Source: Octopus bimaculoides (Eukaryota). From it: DNA of 64,000 bases. The stretch's first letter is position 1. Each line of letters starts with the position of its first letter. The DNA is taken from positions 13,913,109-13,977,108 of the forward strand of contig NC_068987.1 in assembly GCF_001194135.2 (NCBI RefSeq), given 5' to 3'. The translations under genes were made by a program, and so were the position numbers. Under the pieces are notes generated by a model, which worked only from the letters and a program-made list of their open reading frames with translations, searched no databases and was not told the origin of the DNA. Below, piece after piece: positions 60,041 through 64,000 of the stretch.

Positions 60041-61224
60041 TTCTGTGTGTGTGTTTATATCTCTTTGTCTTGATATCACAAGATAGTTGTAAGCAAGTGT
60101 CACTGTCAAGCAAGCAGTGTTATTTATTTTCAGTCTTCCATGAAAATGTGCCCAGCCAAGGGGAGGTATTAGCTTGTTTGGAAATAGGTGAGACTTGGTA
60201 ACAGGAAGGGCATCCAGCTGCAGAAAAATCTGCCCTAAGGAATACTGATTGACCCATGCAGGCATTGAAAAGTGGATGTTAAGATGGTGGTAGTGGTGGT
60301 GGATATTGGCTTGTATAAAATACAATTTTTAAAAGGCAACTTTCCTTGAGGAGCCCCAGAATTTTTGCACAGAATGTAGAGAAAATTTGGTTTTGTGGTT
60401 AAGAAATAAAGGGTCTTTGATTAAATCCAATTTCATATTATGCAGCAATAAGATATTTGATGGCCATCAGAGAGTGAACCTTTTAAATCATGTTGATATA
60501 TAAACATCCTCGCATAAGGCTTTGGTTGACCTGGGGCTATAATAGAACATACTTGCCCATGCGACACCTTGGACAAGAGTCTTCTACTATAGCCCTGGAC
60601 CAACCAAAGCCTTGTGAAGGGATTTGATAGATGGAAACTGAAAGAAGCCTATATGTGTGTGTCTTCTTGTTTTGACTTCACATGATAGATGTAAAATGAT
60701 TACCACTGTGTTATTCATTTCCAATATCCTGTGATATCCATGGGGGAAATATTTACTTTGTTGGAAACAGATAAGGGTTGGTGACAGGAAGAGCATTTGG
60801 CCTTAGGAAAATCTGCCTCAATAAGTTCATTCTGATCCATACAAGCATTGAAAAGTAGATGATAAGGATGATTTGTATATCTACATTCTTGCATTAAGGT
60901 TAATAGTCAGGAGATATTGTAATATCATTTTGAATAGTTAATATTCAGGATAAATTTCAGAGTTCTAAAAAACTTTGGGCAGTCAGCTTTGATAACAATA
61001 AATCAAAAGAAAAGTTTGTTGAATATCAAATAAGTTTTGCACAGCTACTAAATTTATTCAACTTGCTTTTCTTTAACAATTAGGTGTATGTTTGTATGCT
61101 AACCATAAAATACACTATTCATTGTTAAAACATTCCCTGCAGATTCAAATGTAAATCTGTTTGCTGGTAGTTTTTGTCCAGAGAACACTATCTCCCTTTA
61201 CATGGAGTATGTTCATAATACACA

Positions 61225-62125
61225 TTTCACTGGTTCATGCTCTAGTTTGATTCATTGGTCTAGTGAGAGAACTTTCACTGAGCCACACAACATAGTTAAA
61301 CCACTGCTGTGTCTCAATGTTCTCTTACACTGGTGAATCACTTGTTTTGAACAAACATAGCCTAAAGGGAGGTGTTCTCCATTGACTGGAAACAATGGTC
61401 AGATATTCACATTTGAATCTTCTAGAATATATTAAGAATGAGCAGTGTAGATTATTTTTTAGATTCTCGCTGGTTTGTGTGCACCCCATAAATTATTACT
61501 GGCTGACATCAGCACATATCTGCCAATAATTTTATTTGTTGATTCCTATAAACAAGAACTTGTGCTCTTGTTAGATTCATTCGTCCAACTGTGAAGTAGC
61601 TTTGACTGAGGAGACACACCACAGTGTCAGGAAGTCCCCTTTCACCTGTGAACTGGTGAATCAATTTATGAACACACATTGTCAATAGAGACAAAGCTTT
61701 CTCTGGTAGTGAAAAACAAGTGATCAGACAGCCCTGTTTGAATCTGCCAGAACATATTAAGAATGAATAAATACATTATTGTTTAGTTTCTCACTGTTCT
61801 GCATGCACTCAATGAATTATTATCATTCTGGCTAGCATCGACACAGCAGCAGCAAATAATTTGTTTGCTGATTCCAGTAAACAAGAGCTCATGCTCTTGT
61901 TAAATTCATTGGTCCAGACGGGTAGCTTTGACCAAAGAGACGTGCAATGAGATCAAAATACTATAATGTCTTCAAATCCCCTTGTACTGGTGAATTGTGT
62001 GTTATTTTGAACACAATACATTGTCTGAAGATTGGAGGTATCCTACATTGACATAAAACATCAGTGATTAAATATTTATGTTCAAATCTGCCAGAACACA
62101 TTAAGAATGAATAGATATCTTGTTG
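61225..62125 (+). repeat. Tandem array of about three ~327-bp monomers, each with a decayed hammerhead motif (retrozyme / satellite-2-like)
   Basis: HHR relics start at 61272, 61600 and 61926 (spacing 328, 326); anchor ATTAAGAATGA at 61431, 61756, 62100. Confidence 0.75.
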
Positions 62126-64000
62126 CTTAGATTTTGCATGCACCTATTGCTTACTCCAGCCCTGGAAAGATTTGAACTCAACACTGCAAGCTTTTATTTA
62201 AATTCCTGGGTTGTCTTTCCTGCCTTTCTTGCCAAGAATCAGTTTTTTTTTACCTCATTATTATAAGTGTAATTTTAATTAATTAAACTAAAAATTTCTT
62301 GGCTCACTTTATTGACATATTTAAAGGTGACAAACTGATAGAACTGTCAATGCATCAGACAAAATGCTTAGTGACGTTTTGTGTGGCTCTTCAAATTCTG
62401 AGCTGAAATTCCACCAAGGTCAACTTTGCTTATCCTTTTGGTGGTCAGTAAAATAAGTACTAGTCAAACATTGATTGGGGGGAGGGGGGTCAATGTACTC
62501 TCTCAAAATTGCTGGCATTGTGTCAAATTTAGAAAGAATATTACTATATCTAATGTAGCCAATACTAAAATACTTAAAAATATTTAAAAATATTAGGAAT
62601 AATTAAGTGATGAGAAAAAGACAAAATTAATCATTAACAACTAATACTATTTTAATTAGGCATCTTATTAGACATCTATGGCAAACAATAAACATCAACG
62701 TACTTGCCAAAGTAGAGATAAGAGAATTCCTATGTAGAAGCACAATGTGGTAGACTGTAGGAGCAGAGGCCCTCTGTCAGTTATGATGATGAGTGCTACA
62801 GTTGACATGAATAACAAAACAACCTGTTCATGAAATTAACATGCAACTAAATGAGCACTCAACAGTCACATGTACACTCTTAACGCTGTCTCAGGGAGAT
62901 TCAGTGTGACAAGGCTGGCCCTTTGAACTACAGGTACATCTCACTTTTGCCAACAGAGTGAACAGGAGCAATGAGAAATAAAGTGTTTTGCTCAAGAACA
63001 CAATGTGCTACTGGAAATCAAACTCACTATCTTACAATCATGAGCTGAATACTCTAACCAGCTAAACTACATGTCTTCTCAAGTAGGTGCAGAGATTTCG
63101 CATATTTTAAAGAATAGCCACAAAGGAGATAGGTATGGCAGCTGAAACTGGCTCAAGGTGGCTGGGGATGACAAGATTTCAGATAGAACCCTTCTGTTGG
63201 CGAGAACTAATTCAGTCTTTGCTGCCTCATTTAGGCAAAATGAACAGGCTAAGGGATGAAGTGTTTGTGAGCCTGAGATACTTGGTTAAGCATAGGGGTT
63301 TCTGATATTACGATGAATTCAGAAGAAGCACTTGTAATACCTCTGAGTAGCTCCTGCAGTTTCTGTGTGGAGCAAAGCATCTCTGATATTTATTTTGCTT
63401 GAGAGTAATGACTGTTGAATAAAGATTTATTGCTGTTGTTGAATGTTGATTGAGCAGACCAATAATCAAAGGCATATTAGCCATGATCATCCCATCTTTG
63501 TTTTCATTTTATTTTTTCCTTCTCTTCCTTGGACATTGTAATCAGTCACTGATGCTGAAAAGTGTCAGAAATGGTGCAGTGTTCAATTAGATTCTCAAAA
63601 GGATTTGGCTTTCCTTTGTTTCTGTCCTAGTTCAAACCCTGCCTTAGTCAACTTTGTCTTTTACCCCTCTCAGGGATCTATGAAATAGGTTACTAATCCT
63701 GAAATACATTTTATTTGATACACATCAACTGTATCTCACCCACTTCCAACTTTATAAAGGGGGAGGTCCTACAGTAGTCCTAGTGCATGCATACAGTGGA
63801 GTAGATAGGTGTATCTCATTGTGGACTTAGCCAGCAAGAGTTAAGTGACATGGTCATAGATAGAACACAAAGCTCATAACTTATGGACTATTGACCATTC
63901 AATTTGACTTGGACACCTGGAAATAAAAAATACAAATTTGTAAAGAAAAATGATTTATATGATGTGAAAGAAATAATAATGAGGTCTCTAGACTTTTGAA

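Noticed and set aside
187-63490. Most ORFs in the supplied six-frame track (poly-I/Y/L/S/H/T/V/C peptides and X-runs)
   Set aside because: They are translations of microsatellites, SINEs or N-gaps; only segments overlapping the listed exons and the mariner or RTE relics look like protein.

Overview
AT-rich, microsatellite- and SINE-dense animal genomic DNA with six N-gaps; the repeat families look like octopus (cephalopod), which is inference from recognised repeats, not a database hit. The + strand carries the 3' part of a C2CD5 (CDP138/KIAA0528) orthologue: 22 exons from position 1 to a TGA at 43839-43841. These splice by GT-AG in matching phases into about 805 codons; the N-terminal C2 domain lies upstream of the window. 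The 17-kb first intron holds candidate frame-preserving microexons. The rest is mobile DNA: several tRNA-derived SINE families, RTE-LINE remnants, a decayed DD37D-type Tc1/mariner, TTAA-flanked MITEs and a Helentron-type non-autonomous element. The most notable signal is two unrelated hammerhead-ribozyme (HHR) systems. (1) A ~320-330 bp repeat at three loci (7.2, 21.5-22.1 and 61.2-62.1 kb, the last a tandem trimer), each monomer carrying a type I HHR or its relic; the copy at 21915-21971 has an intact catalytic core and lies sense within a C2CD5 intron. (2) A ~400 bp element with a tRNA-like Pol III head between inverted arms that carry a Penelope-type minimal HHR (23034-23079, minus strand). 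All structures were folded by eye and no searches were run.
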